A stretch of 64,000 nucleotides of DNA. Source: Tortispora ganteri. Taxonomy: Eukaryota. Below the pieces are notes generated by a model. That model did not search any database. It saw only the letters and a list, made by a program, of their open reading frames with translations, and had not been told where the DNA came from. Shown piece by piece: positions 20,240-31,652 of the stretch (position 1 is the first letter of the stretch; each line of letters begins with the position of its first letter). The position numbers and the translations under genes are program-made. Where the stretch lies: positions 1 through 64,000 of the forward strand of contig PPNB01000005.1 in the NCBI GenBank assembly GCA_003707115.1, in the 5' to 3' direction.

Positions 20240-22252
20240 TTAAGCAATAAGTCCTAGCCTATCGCCGAAGTATATACAAGTCCAAGGAATTGATTGTCCT
20301 AATATAGAAGCTAAACAGTCTCTTTTTATGTCACATTCAAATATTTGTGCTGAATATATCATTTGTATAGGCGATATCTCTGCACTCTGTACTTGCTTTA
20401 AATCAACGATAGGCATAAGAGACAGTCCACAGCGATGCCATTCAATTTCAGAGCCATTCTGCGTGGCAGAAAAACAGGACGGCCCTTGCATCGTAAGCTC
20501 TTCTCCAGTTATTGGACAAGTCGGTGCATCCTGAAGGAGGCTTTTAGTTTCTTCTGCCAATTGCCGCACGTTGTTTCTCTGAGCAAAAAGCTGGTAATTG
20601 TAGAGTATGTATGAAGATAGTCTATCATCCATTAAGTCAACTTTAGACAGTTCTCTTTCCATGAAATTGTGTACTAGCAGCAGTCTCTCGTGAAGATGCG
20701 GAGCCAGATCGTGGATTGATGTGATCTGAAGAATAGCTCTGTATATAGAGAGTATGTAGACATTCTTTATGGATTTTTGTGTATCGAAGAGTTCGCACAT
20801 CAGCCTTGCAGGTAATTCATCATAGCTAGATGTATAGTAAGATTGAACATTCGCTTTTGAAATTGCGTCAGTCAATACGTTAGTAATTTCCGACTTGTGG
20901 GTATCTATTGACGCAAATTTTATAAACGCATGCCAGATGAAATTTTTCGGCGTAGATAAAAGCAATGAGGGTATTGTCTGCGTAATATCTGGTTCCAGCA
21001 GTAAGAACATAACATTGCAGCTAGTTTCTGCCGCAATGGGGTATCGAATAGTGTACGAAGGAAGGATGCTGTATGCAATGGAAAGCGTTTTGCCTAAAGG
21101 GGAGGAGGAGGAAGATACCCCATATATCCTGCAGCTTATTTCTGTATCATGAAGAGTTTCAGAAGTCTTAGACTTCTTCATTCTGAGTATAGCATGAGAT
21201 ACAGGGGTCAAGAGAGAGTGTGCAAGGCTATTTACTGTATAAGTAAGCTCGGCGACGTATCCCGCGGATGATATAATAATTATTTCGTAGCCGCTACTCA
21301 TCTGGTAAGATTGAACACTTACTATAAGATCCATAATTGCAATCTTAAATTCCTGCGACGATTTTTGGGCCAAATCGTGCATGATAGCTATCCCTGGTCG
21401 CACCTCTAGGAGAAGCGAACGAGAGATCCAGGATGTATAACAAAGCGCAGTTCTTTGGCTTAATGTAGTGAATTCTGATATAGTGCATGATTTAGCATTT
21501 ATATCAAACAGAATCTCGGCTGTGTAAAGAAAATTGCAGATGTCAACAACGGCTAAAAGGCAGGAGAGCAACGAGTCGTTTGAATTCCAAGGCGAACATT
21601 TGACTGCGATAATCGGTGACTTCAGTTCATGCGAAGACTGGAGTTCTTGCACTGATAGTTTATATTTATCACACTGAACGTCACATACTGATATAATACC
21701 TAATTTGCTTCCAGTAATCAGCAAGCTGAAAAGCAAATTCGGGTGCGATGAAGGGACGGGATCAGACCAAGTAAAGGACGAGATTTTTAGAGCTGCAAGA
21801 TCATGATAGTCGGTATATTCTCCTATTATTTCATGCAAAAATCCAATAGGTTTCCATCTATTCCAGCCAGATGGAGAATCAGAAGCATAAAAAAGTAAAA
21901 GTCCATTGCTTGTAGAGGAAGCGATCAGGCATTCGCCATTTGTAGTATTCCCAGGTGCAGACCAAGCGGCAGATTTATATACTATGGTGTCACTAAAATC
22001 TGATATATCTAAAAACTTATATGGTGACTTATCGGACCAACTAGACCTGGTGGTCAGTTGATCTAGAATAATCTCATCGATCGCGTATTGAAAGTCGAGG
22101 GTATCGCAGGTTGACAGGCAGGTTTCCGTCTTTGGTGTGTATATTAGCAGCCGGTTATAAGAAACTATAAGTATTGAACCATTTAAAGACCAGTCTATAT
22201 TGTTATGTGAGGCCAATGGTACGAACCTCTCGAGTGTGAGGTCTTGTGCCAT
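20240..22252 (-). CDS. TFIIIC subunit tau60/GTF3C4-like (Tfc8/Sfc9 family)
   Basis: WS.NG.I, AAWSAPG...ECLIA..TSNG.L beta-propeller motifs and C-terminal CPITGE...W.RCGLS.MPI zinc-finger-like region. Confidence 0.75.
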   Translation of the reverse strand: MAQDLTLERFVPLASHNNIDWSLNGSILIVSYNRLLIYTPKTETCLSTCDTLDFQYAIDEIILDQLTTRSSWSDKSPYKFLDISDFSDTIVYKSAAWSAPGNTTNGECLIASSTSNGLLLFYASDSPSGWNRWKPIGFLHEIIGEYTDYHDLAALKISSFTWSDPVPSSHPNLLFSLLITGSKLGIISVCDVQCDKYKLSVQELQSSHELKSPIIAVKCSPWNSNDSLLSCLLAVVDICNFLYTAEILFDINAKSCTISEFTTLSQRTALCYTSWISRSLLLEVRPGIAIMHDLAQKSSQEFKIAIMDLIVSVQSYQMSSGYEIIIISSAGYVAELTYTVNSLAHSLLTPVSHAILRMKKSKTSETLHDTEISCRIYGVSSSSSPLGKTLSIAYSILPSYTIRYPIAAETSCNVMFLLLEPDITQTIPSLLLSTPKNFIWHAFIKFASIDTHKSEITNVLTDAISKANVQSYYTSSYDELPARLMCELFDTQKSIKNVYILSIYRAILQITSIHDLAPHLHERLLLVHNFMERELSKVDLMDDRLSSYILYNYQLFAQRNNVRQLAEETKSLLQDAPTCPITGEELTMQGPSCFSATQNGSEIEWHRCGLSLMPIVDLKQVQSAEISPIQMIYSAQIFECDIKRDCLASILGQSIPWTCIYFGDRLGLIA

Positions 22253-22381
22253 TGACCAAGTAGTGGTGCGGAAAGTGGTGGTGAACGCTACTGGGAACTA
22301 TGTTGTTAAGATTTGTCATTGGAGGTTAATGGCAGATGGAAAATAGACTGCAAAGAACAAGTTCTGTATGGTGGTCAGAGT

Positions 22382-23494
22382 TTAGCTGTACTTTAAAGGC
22401 ACAGAAGATGGATCTGGCACAGAGTGCGAGCTAGAATGTTGAGGATGAGCTTTACGTGACGGGGAATGCGCAGGATTTACCAACGATGTAGGCATGGGCA
22501 GCTGCTGGATCTTTCTAATCACGAAACTCTTCTCGTCTTCGAACTGAGAGTTTTTTCTGTCAATGGTGAAAGATTCAAGAAATTGTAGTATTCTGTCGCG
22601 ATTTTTTTGCAGAATTTCCAAGACAGGTTTGGTCTTCTTCGGATTAGCAGCAAATACCTTAAATACATGGAATGCTTCGAACTGTATATTTCTGCTTTTA
22701 TCGCGCAGCAAATTCATAATTAGTTTGAGACGTTCGGTGTCATCAATGTAAGCCGTCATTATTGTGTAATTGTGACGATCGATAATTATTTCAGATAATA
22801 GTTTGACGCTTTGACGCTTCGTAAGGTAACTGCTCGATGACATCAAGGTGTCAAACTCGCGAAAAACTTTGTCTTGATTATCAGCTAAAAACTTTGAGAC
22901 AACCGGTTTATGCAGAAGTAGTAAGTCTCGCAAAGTCGAGAACGTGTCTGTAGAAATTTCGAAAGTAGGCGAACGTGCGTAAGTGAAAAGTGACCATACC
23001 CAGTCTGGGTTCTCAAGTACAGCTTTGTGGAGTTTTTCATGTTTGACACACTCTCTAAGCATCGTTCCACAATTTAAAGCAATAGATGGCATTGAGGGGC
23101 CTTTGATTAAGCGCGCCAACATAGACCGATTATTGAGTACGTAGGAAACTCCAGGACAATAGTCGTCAATAGTAGACGGTTTGTAATGCAATAACTGAGA
23201 GAATATAGCGACAACATCTTTACGACAGTCAAAATCAAGATAGTCAAGTTTGTAAACTAATATGACCATTAGCGATGAATTTAGCAGTTCCTGATAGACT
23301 TGTTGCTGCTGCTGAAAGTTTGGCTCGCAATCTTGCTCACCAAATAGCATAACATCTAGCTGAGCGATGATCCTTGCTACTTCTTCAGACCCTTTACGTG
23401 GATCACTGTCCAAATACTGAGACGATTCCATTGCTTGCTTTATCAGTTCATGAGGAGTTTTGTTCCTGCCGCTGCGATTAAATAGAAATGCCAT
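22382..23494 (-). CDS. HYM1: Mo25-family scaffold
   Basis: MAFLF.R..KTP, FEISTD.FSTL, YLTKRQSVKLL, LLRDKSRNIQFEAFHVFKVF.ANP. Confidence 0.96.
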   Translation of the reverse strand: MAFLFNRSGRNKTPHELIKQAMESSQYLDSDPRKGSEEVARIIAQLDVMLFGEQDCEPNFQQQQQVYQELLNSSLMVILVYKLDYLDFDCRKDVVAIFSQLLHYKPSTIDDYCPGVSYVLNNRSMLARLIKGPSMPSIALNCGTMLRECVKHEKLHKAVLENPDWVWSLFTYARSPTFEISTDTFSTLRDLLLLHKPVVSKFLADNQDKVFREFDTLMSSSSYLTKRQSVKLLSEIIIDRHNYTIMTAYIDDTERLKLIMNLLRDKSRNIQFEAFHVFKVFAANPKKTKPVLEILQKNRDRILQFLESFTIDRKNSQFEDEKSFVIRKIQQLPMPTSLVNPAHSPSRKAHPQHSSSHSVPDPSSVPLKYS

Positions 23495-24505
23495 ATTGTT
23501 TCTCGTTATATCAAGATTATCAATCCTGTACACGCACACTTCTTAGGTATTCAGGTTTATGATCGGAAGCAAATAAGTAAATAAAGAATATAACAGTATT
23601 ATTGACCTAATCAATACAACCGTACAAGTCTCTATACGAGTCAAATATAGGTTTATATGCTGATATGCTAGTCCGTCCTATGTTGACGTTATTGGCGCGA
23701 AATAGTACTCCTGAGCAAAAATCGTTGGTTGTCATGACAATAATCTTGCTCTTTTGAGCTATTTCGCTACTGAGTATACGATCGTTTAACGCAATATAGC
23801 ATGTTTAAGCTCATATATTTGTTTATCAATCTCTGTAATACGTGGCTAGGTTGTTCTCAATCTTATAGCGCTGTAACTCTTTTACTTTGAGGTCATTTTG
23901 GTTCACCTATCTCTTAACTTATCAGCAGAGTGTGGCTTCATGAAGAACACATCACAATGATGAAAATCATGCTAAGTGCAATAACTGCACAACTAAAATA
24001 AGTTAAGGCAATAGCTAATAAAAAAATCTACGCTTATTAATGCTAAAACGATACTGGAAAACATTTTTGTACCTGTTTTTTCCTGCTTGTACAGGTCAAC
24101 CAGAGGCGTGAACCAATTCGGGCCCTGAACTTTATCTTAAATAACGTTCTTTTTGGCAGAAGCTTGTTAAACTAATTAGCACACATATGTCTCAAAACTA
24201 ACGCAATTACATTATAAAAAAACCTGCAGACCTTTTTCTAAATTGCTAAATAATTTATCAATTTTTTTTTTCTAACGTAAATATCAAGCATGACATGAAT
24301 AATGAGCACCTAAGTAACACTAACAGCAAATCCTAGAAAAACTTTGTTTTGTTGCCGTGGTGATATGGTAGGTTCTCCTGGTTCGCGTCAAATACGCGTA
24401 GGATAAACATAGAGCGATCGGCCCTTTCTTTTACTTAATACTTTGGTTCTTTTAGCATTATAAGCAGAACTGCTTATTGCAATTGCTTTTTTTTTGCGTT
24501 GCTAT

Positions 24506-27016
24506 ATGTCTTGTCTTTCTATAGATTTTCATTTGTTTGAGGACTTTCTGAACCCCGCCGTAGCCAATGATCCTACTTTGGTTCGATATGATCATAAATC
24601 TCATGAAGTGATTGCTGCAGTTCCTATAAAGCTCATAATGGAACTCTGTTCGCCGAAAACTGTAAACTACCAACTAATGACCGATTTCTTTCTTACCTAC
24701 AGGAACTTCATGTCCTCATCTGAAGTGTTAGACTTCCTGATGGCGCATTTACTTTGGGCTACATCGGTGTCTGACAGTGTTCATAGAGCGGCAGTAGTTC
24801 GCACCTTTGTCGCTCTCAGACATTGGATATTGAACTATTTTGCCGACGATTTTGTTCCGGATATTAAACTACGGCAGAAAACGGCATTGATCCTATCAGA
24901 GATTCAACCACAATCAGAACTAGCTCAAAAAATAACCACAGAATTAACAGTCTTGTGGCTTCACCAGCTAGCACATTATTGGCAGATATCGAATGATATG
25001 GTCGTGCAAATAGTACACGGAACAACTCCAATCCCTTATGGTGGCGAAGTCGGATCTAGCAAAACTATGGCGCCAGATTACAATTTATCGAATTCCACTC
25101 CAAGGTCGGGCTTAGTTGGTAAAATGCGCCAGCTCTACCGCCTAGTAGAAATTTCTACTGAATCTCCTTCAGTTATTCCAGCTAAAACCCGCCGCTCTAT
25201 CATACACCTACTTCATCATTCCTCTTCAATGAACTTCATTCCCGATAGTGTTGACGCTACAATATCGCAGATATCTCCTCCAACCCCCTCCAGAATGAAA
25301 AAACACACTTTTCTCTCAAAAAAGTCAGCAGATCCGTCTCACATCAAGCATATGTTTAAAAATATTCAGTTTTGGAAAAGAAAGCCTGGCCCTTCACGAT
25401 CAGATCCTGTGTTATATTTATCAAATATTCATTCTCCACATACTGTCGCAACAGATACCACTCTACCGTCTTCTCCTCCTCTTTATGATCTTCTTTCTGT
25501 AAGGGCTCAACCAGAAATTCTAGCTGAAGGCGATTCCTTATCTGCTGATCTTTCGTCTCGGTCCTTTTCCTTTAGTCAGTGGGATCAATCATTTCCAGAA
25601 CCAAACTACATGGCTGAATCGCCTTTGAGCTTCTCTGGGATAGCACACGACTTCCCGAGTCCAGATTCTTCTGTTCCTTTGGGTCGTAGTGTGCGGAGGC
25701 AAACTCACGTTTCTGACTTGCATTCTATAATTACTCGCGAGCAACAAGAACCCTTCTCTCTTGCAAACTCCATATCGTTAGGGCAATTCTCAGTCGGCTC
25801 GTCTTTACGGTCGTTTTCGCTTTCGCGAGCATTCAGTAGTAATGGATCTTTTTCCAGCTTTAGGGATACTATTAGATCAGCTAGATCTATGTCTTCATCT
25901 CATAAAGCTATTTCTAGCGCACGGCGTGCCTCATCCTCTCACACAATGGCTAACTCTCGATCCATAAATTCTCCGTTATGGAAAGAAACCTCAGCAAGCA
26001 GAAATCATAATGATTTAGAGGATTTGGCTATCCCAGAATCAAATGCATATTTTGAGCAGTATTCAGACTCACTGCAATCGAGAAAGCGATCTGAATCTGG
26101 TAGCATTCACAGACACGACGTTCACCAGCCTTCAATATCACCATTGACCAAAGGGGAATCTTCATTAGCAGACAGTGCCTGGAAACTCGAGTTGGATAAG
26201 GCAATGGCAAGTCACATTCCGTTCGTTCTTCAATATACTTCACAAGAGTTGTTTGAACAGTTCACAATAATTGAGCGTGACTTGCTTTCCGAGATAGATT
26301 GGCTCGAACTCACAAATCTATCTTGGTCTTCTGATATAAAATATTATAAGACGTGGGCCAGCTTTGTTAACGATGAAGATAGCTATGGAACACGGATAGT
26401 GACTTCCAGGTTTGCAATGATGATTAATTGGATTGTTTCTGAGGTGCTTCTTAGCAACAAACCGTCGATGCAATCTCTGGTCTTGACTAAATACATCCAT
26501 ATCGCCGAGCATGCTATGAATAATTATAATTTATCAACATTCATGCAAATTATGATTGCATTGACAGCAGATAGGGTTCAGAGTTTATCAGCAGCTTGGA
26601 AAAATGTTTCCTCAAATGACATCTCACTTTTGAAAGATATGGAATCGATTGCTTCGCCTTTGAGAAACTTCAGGACATTGAGAGAGCTTTTAGGGCAGTC
26701 ATCTGCTGAATCTGGATGCATCCCATTTGTGGGACTCGTTCTATCAGATTTGACATTCAATGCCGAAAGAGATGCGTTTATTATTACTTCTAGTGAGGAG
26801 TACAATACGTTTGATCAACCGCCTATGATCAACTTTGACCGATACCGTACAGCAGCACGAATAGTCACAAATCTCACACGTATGATAAAATGGGCTGAAA
26901 AGTATCCGTTCAAAAGGAAGGATGGTCTATTCACTAAATGTTTACATATTGCCACCTTGAGCGACGTTGAAGCAAGTTACTGTTTGCAAAAGCATATGCA
27001 TGCAACGAAAAGCTGA
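24506..27016 (+). CDS. LTE1: RasGEF-domain mitotic exit regulator (start uncertain)
   Basis: REM domain DFFLTYRNF...VRTFVALRHWILNYF.DDF, Ser-rich middle, C-terminal CDC25 domain with GCIPFVG..LSDL. Confidence 0.85.
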   Translation: MSCLSIDFHLFEDFLNPAVANDPTLVRYDHKSHEVIAAVPIKLIMELCSPKTVNYQLMTDFFLTYRNFMSSSEVLDFLMAHLLWATSVSDSVHRAAVVRTFVALRHWILNYFADDFVPDIKLRQKTALILSEIQPQSELAQKITTELTVLWLHQLAHYWQISNDMVVQIVHGTTPIPYGGEVGSSKTMAPDYNLSNSTPRSGLVGKMRQLYRLVEISTESPSVIPAKTRRSIIHLLHHSSSMNFIPDSVDATISQISPPTPSRMKKHTFLSKKSADPSHIKHMFKNIQFWKRKPGPSRSDPVLYLSNIHSPHTVATDTTLPSSPPLYDLLSVRAQPEILAEGDSLSADLSSRSFSFSQWDQSFPEPNYMAESPLSFSGIAHDFPSPDSSVPLGRSVRRQTHVSDLHSIITREQQEPFSLANSISLGQFSVGSSLRSFSLSRAFSSNGSFSSFRDTIRSARSMSSSHKAISSARRASSSHTMANSRSINSPLWKETSASRNHNDLEDLAIPESNAYFEQYSDSLQSRKRSESGSIHRHDVHQPSISPLTKGESSLADSAWKLELDKAMASHIPFVLQYTSQELFEQFTIIERDLLSEIDWLELTNLSWSSDIKYYKTWASFVNDEDSYGTRIVTSRFAMMINWIVSEVLLSNKPSMQSLVLTKYIHIAEHAMNNYNLSTFMQIMIALTADRVQSLSAAWKNVSSNDISLLKDMESIASPLRNFRTLRELLGQSSAESGCIPFVGLVLSDLTFNAERDAFIITSSEEYNTFDQPPMINFDRYRTAARIVTNLTRMIKWAEKYPFKRKDGLFTKCLHIATLSDVEASYCLQKHMHATKS

Positions 27017-27071
27017 GTTTATGTTGTTAACTTCATTTTATCTTTATTTGCACAGTGTACTTTATTGCAAT

Positions 27072-28532
27072 TCATTTCAAGTGATACACTTGTGTAGCCT
27101 TTTTACCCTTTGAACTGGCTTCTATGGAAATGTCTAGTTCTCGAGGATTCAAATCATTCTTGCTGAATATGATCGACCCTTCGATTATATCACCCCTTGA
27201 CAAGGTAGCTTGTCTCAGTGGAGGTGGAAGCACTAATGCACAGCTCTTCCAATGCGTTGGAGGTCCGAACGGACCAGTCGTGAAAGCATTGCCTAGTTTC
27301 CCCATTGGTGTGCCTTTAGGAGGCCAGTTTTGAGCCAAAGCATCAGTAGGAAGGTCGTATTCCTTTGAGCGCGTGAAAAAGGTGTCAAAATATATAACAA
27401 GACCATCAAGTATGCCGTTCCTTATTATATTCAGCTGGAACTGTGATACAAAGTGTCGTAAATCTTTATGAGTGACTTTGTATAGGTTCAAAGATTTAAA
27501 TATACATTGCGAAGCTATGACAGAGGAAGAAGGGAACGATTCTACCAAAGGTTCGTCGTAGCGTTTAGGTTCCATTGCAGTCATTTTGAAACCGTATACA
27601 TCTTTCCAGAAGTTGAGTTTTTCACCCAAATATTCTGGGTCCTCAACTGCAGTGATTATCAGTCTAGTTTCAGCGGGTGCCAATATGCCGTCAGGTTTGA
27701 GAAACCTGTCTCTAGCGACCAGCACTGAGTCTAGCATGGCTTCATAAAGAAGGCCATAGCCCATCCATTCGGAGACTATTATGTCCACTTGTTCGCCGAT
27801 ATCAATGTCTTCGATTTTTCCGTGAATGCAGTTGATTACTTGTGATAGGTCGTTTTCATAGACATTTGCCCTTGCCTGATTAATGATCTGAGAATTGTCC
27901 ACGGCGTATACCTTACGAGCACCTGCCTTAGCACAGAACATAGACAGTATTCCGGTCCCACATCCGACATCAAGAACTACTTTATCTTTGAAGAGATCTT
28001 TGTTCTCGTATATGAAATCGCGATATCCATCTGTTCTCACAGAGTCTTTAATCATAGTCTCGTGAATTTCAGTGTGACTATAAGAGTTGAAATAGTAAGA
28101 ATCGTTATCTTTGGCATCTAATATATTGGTTTCATTAATTTCTGCTTCCTTTAAATCTCCAGCAGGGTCATCTTCCGAATCGTCGACGAGTTCGAAAAGT
28201 AATGCATCGTCTTCGACAACAGGTTTCAAATATGCATCGTTTCCTTTAAATACGGTCACATTGTTGGGATCATTTGCAGAGTTGCTACGCATGTAATTTA
28301 TGAATCTCGTTTTGTCATAGAAATCGAGATCGTGAGTCTTACTGAATTGAGTGAAGTCAAAGGAGTGAACTTCTCTGCAATGATTCCAAATATCGTCAGA
28401 CGAAGATCCACGTTGTTCGCAGAATATGCACAATGGCAATAATGCATAATCATCGCTACCTGATGAGTCAAATTCTAGTTCGTTATCCTGAGCGGTTAAC
28501 TCTTGAACTTCAGATAATTCACTATCACTCAT
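27072..28532 (-). CDS. RMT3: Protein arginine methyltransferase 3 (PRMT3/Rmt3-like)
   Basis: N-terminal C2H2 (CIFC...HCREVHSFD), YFNSY..HETM.KD.VRT, VLDVGCGTGILSMF, SEWMGY, THW loop. Confidence 0.92.
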   Translation of the reverse strand: MSDSELSEVQELTAQDNELEFDSSGSDDYALLPLCIFCEQRGSSSDDIWNHCREVHSFDFTQFSKTHDLDFYDKTRFINYMRSNSANDPNNVTVFKGNDAYLKPVVEDDALLFELVDDSEDDPAGDLKEAEINETNILDAKDNDSYYFNSYSHTEIHETMIKDSVRTDGYRDFIYENKDLFKDKVVLDVGCGTGILSMFCAKAGARKVYAVDNSQIINQARANVYENDLSQVINCIHGKIEDIDIGEQVDIIVSEWMGYGLLYEAMLDSVLVARDRFLKPDGILAPAETRLIITAVEDPEYLGEKLNFWKDVYGFKMTAMEPKRYDEPLVESFPSSSVIASQCIFKSLNLYKVTHKDLRHFVSQFQLNIIRNGILDGLVIYFDTFFTRSKEYDLPTDALAQNWPPKGTPMGKLGNAFTTGPFGPPTHWKSCALVLPPPLRQATLSRGDIIEGSIIFSKNDLNPRELDISIEASSKGKKATQVYHLK

Positions 28533-28792
28533 GGCAGAAATAAAAATAAACTGCTAACTCAATGACAAAAAAAAAGCCTGCAAAGCAATTTTCATCTTTG
28601 GATGGGAGTTGCCACATCAAGGAAACAGTTACAACGGTTTTCTGTTGTACGACGTCGCAATCTGCGCCACTACATTTGTAAACCACACAGGAAATCTGGA
28701 CTGTAATACTTAAGACATTATTTGATATATAATATTTTATTTGCAGCAGTGTTATGAACTAAATGCGATGAATGTAGCAATACTGTTACAGT

Positions 28793-28800
28793 CCGGGTAA
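28793..28800. promoter_or_regulatory. Reb1-type site in the RMT3/SEC18 divergent promoter
   Basis: CCGGGTAA. Confidence 0.5.
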
Positions 28801-28881
28801 CTACTTCCACCTGCCTGGGATACGTTACACCTGGAGCCTTCCCCTTCAAACCTCGCCATAGACACAAACCCCTTTCTTAAG

Positions 28882-31161
28882 ATGTTTGGGTTAGGCAAGA
28901 AAGAGGTGCCTCCGCCTCCATATATATCCGAAACGAACAGGCACCCTAGATTGACGCATGGTCGTACATTTCGCGTTGCTCAAGTTCCCAGTAATGAGAC
29001 GGCGTTAACTAATTGTCTCATTGCCTCTCCAAGCGACCTCGGAGAAGGCGAATACGTAATATGTGACGGCAGATATGTTTTCACTACAAAATCTCATCCA
29101 GGTATGTCTCCTGGTTGTATAGGCGCTTCTGGTTCTGCTCGTGAATGGGCTTCTTGGTCTTTATCGCAGGAAGTCTTGGTAGAGCCTTATAATCCTTTCA
29201 CGCAAGGAAGGGGAACTTACTTGGGCTCGATGGATCTAGAGATAGCCTTCAATTCCCGTTCAAGAACCTCTACAGATCAGTATGATCAGGATGCATTAGC
29301 CAAATGGCTATCAGGACTATACCAGAACCAAATGTTTGCACCCGGACAACGCTTTGTAATGGAATACAAAGGCATTGTATTGAAGCTAATGGTTAAGGCG
29401 GTCCAAATTGTCGAATTAGGAGAAAAAAACCTGGAAGATATTTCTGTATCACAGTCTCCTACTGCTCGTGGAATACTGACTCCTCATACGCAGATCACTT
29501 TTTTCAAAGCACCTGATAGCGCCATCAAATTGAAGGCCTCTGCTAAACGTCCTGCTCAGAGCGCCCTGCTCAGGACTAACTTCAATCTCATGGAACTTGG
29601 AATTGGCGGCTTGGATGAGGAATTTTCTATTATTTTTAGACGTGCGTTTGTCAGTAGAACTGTATCGCCTGCTCTTACGGAAAAGCTAGGTATTCAGCAT
29701 GTCAAAGGTCTCCTCCTATATGGACCACCCGGTACCGGTAAGACACTAATTGCGCGTAAAATAGGAGAGCTTCTTAATGCCCGACCTCCAAAGATTGTTA
29801 ACGGTCCTGAAATTCTTAACAAATACGTGGGTCAGTCTGAAGAGAATATCAGAAACTTGTTTTCAGATGCTGAGAAGGAGTACAAAGCCAAAGGTGCTGA
29901 GTCAGAACTACATCTGATCATTTTTGATGAACTTGATGCTATTTTGAAGCAGCGTGGTAGCAAGAATGACGGCACTGGTGTTGGTGATAATGTAGTTAAC
30001 CAATTACTCGCTAAGATGGATGGCGTCGAACAGTTAAATAACATCCTAGTGATTGGTATGACTAACCGTAAGGATCTGATCGATGAAGCTCTTTTGCGCC
30101 CTGGCCGATTTGCTGTCCAGGTCCCTATTTCTCTTCCTGATGAGAAAGGCCGTTTGCAAATTTTACAAATTCACACTGCCGAAATGAGGAAGAACAAGAT
30201 TCTGGCAAAAGACATCTCACTCGAAACCCTCGCTAACTTAACCAAGAACTTTACAGGTGCAGAACTAACTGAATTGGTTAATAATGCAGCTAGCTTTGCA
30301 CTTACTAGGAATCAGAAAGGTACTAAGCTGCAAATTAATGAGGACGACGTTCATGTGACCATGGACGATTTCATACATGCTCTAGAGGAGATTAAGCCAC
30401 AATTTGGTGTAACTGAAGATGAGTTTAAGACACTCTTAGGGCTAGGAATTGTTTCATTTTCTCCTACTGTTGATCATATATTGTCTACTGGACAGCTTTT
30501 GGTTGATGATGTACGAAATAATGGCACTGCTATCGAGTCGATGCTTCTTTATGGTCCACCGGGTGCCGGCAAAACTGCCTTAGCAGCTGCTATTGCTATG
30601 AACTCTCAATTTCCTTCAATGAAAGTTATTTCTCCTAAATCGCTTGCAGGGATGTCTGAACCGCAGAAGGTTGCCCATATTCAAAAAGTATTCTCGGATT
30701 CATACAACGCGCCTCTAAATATTATACTGCTGGACTCGATAGAAGATCTTATAGAATGGTCTGCTGTTGGTTTGAGATACTCTAATATGGTACTTCAGAT
30801 GATTAAAACATCTATCAATGCAGCGCCTCCGGCGAAACGCCAACTACTCGTGATTGCAACTACATCTGAACGAAAAGTTCTCGAAAGCATGAGCCTCTCA
30901 CAGAGATTTACAAAGGAGATTCCTGTCCCTAACATTCCTACATTGACAGAACTTAACAGTTTGCTTGTCAAATCACGTTCTTTTGACCAGGCGGAGGCTA
31001 TTCGCATTGTAACTGCGATTAAAGATGTTACGAACTCTGACTTGGTTAACGTTGGTGTAAAGGCTGTGCTTGCTAATGTCAGGTTGTCTAAACAATCTGA
31101 TGACTCTTCTTCTGAGTTTATAGACTCTATGGTAGAAGTCATTCAGCGAAGCAATATATAG
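28882..31161 (+). CDS. SEC18: Vesicle-fusing AAA ATPase NSF
   Basis: GIGGLD.EF..IFRRAF.SR, GPPGTGKTL, NGPEILNKYVG.SEENIR, second AAA domain GPPGAGKT. Confidence 0.97.
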   Translation: MFGLGKKEVPPPPYISETNRHPRLTHGRTFRVAQVPSNETALTNCLIASPSDLGEGEYVICDGRYVFTTKSHPGMSPGCIGASGSAREWASWSLSQEVLVEPYNPFTQGRGTYLGSMDLEIAFNSRSRTSTDQYDQDALAKWLSGLYQNQMFAPGQRFVMEYKGIVLKLMVKAVQIVELGEKNLEDISVSQSPTARGILTPHTQITFFKAPDSAIKLKASAKRPAQSALLRTNFNLMELGIGGLDEEFSIIFRRAFVSRTVSPALTEKLGIQHVKGLLLYGPPGTGKTLIARKIGELLNARPPKIVNGPEILNKYVGQSEENIRNLFSDAEKEYKAKGAESELHLIIFDELDAILKQRGSKNDGTGVGDNVVNQLLAKMDGVEQLNNILVIGMTNRKDLIDEALLRPGRFAVQVPISLPDEKGRLQILQIHTAEMRKNKILAKDISLETLANLTKNFTGAELTELVNNAASFALTRNQKGTKLQINEDDVHVTMDDFIHALEEIKPQFGVTEDEFKTLLGLGIVSFSPTVDHILSTGQLLVDDVRNNGTAIESMLLYGPPGAGKTALAAAIAMNSQFPSMKVISPKSLAGMSEPQKVAHIQKVFSDSYNAPLNIILLDSIEDLIEWSAVGLRYSNMVLQMIKTSINAAPPAKRQLLVIATTSERKVLESMSLSQRFTKEIPVPNIPTLTELNSLLVKSRSFDQAEAIRIVTAIKDVTNSDLVNVGVKAVLANVRLSKQSDDSSSEFIDSMVEVIQRSNI

Positions 31162-31392
31162 TGAAATGTAACACACTGTTTGATTCTTGCTTACCTACCG
31201 CAAATCGCCCAACACACACTAGAGGCTTCTAGATTCTACGCATTCCTATCCCCCAGTTGCTTCATATATTATTAGCGTACCTTTTTTAGCTAAATAACAC
31301 TTTTTAGTTATTCTTAACTGTTTTTAATGTCATTACATTACCTTTTAACATTGAAAATCCGCTATCAAAGAGGAACACAAGGTGATCATCCT

Positions 31393-31401
31393 GTCACGTG
31401 A
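31393..31401. promoter_or_regulatory. Cbf1-type E-box upstream of IRE1
   Basis: GTCACGTGA. Confidence 0.45.
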
Positions 31402-31652
31402 TTTGTAGCCTCACTCAACAGTTCTGGCTGCTACACTTTGTGATAACCATTGCTTTCACTTCGCCGGTCAACAGCATCAACGTGGTGGTTTGAGCGCAGT
31501 TAAACTTTTTAGAACTAGATCTTTTTGCTCTGATTTAATATTTTGTATAAATTTGATAAAGGTTATATAAGGATTTACTGATCTCTCTTGATACTCTAGC
31601 CGATTTCGTTGACAGCTCCATTTAGAGATTTCTCAACTTCAGAGCAGCAACA

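Noticed and set aside
24190..24460. Upstream exons or introns for LTE1
   Set aside because: Branch-like CTAAC motifs exist but I could not build an in-frame spliced model
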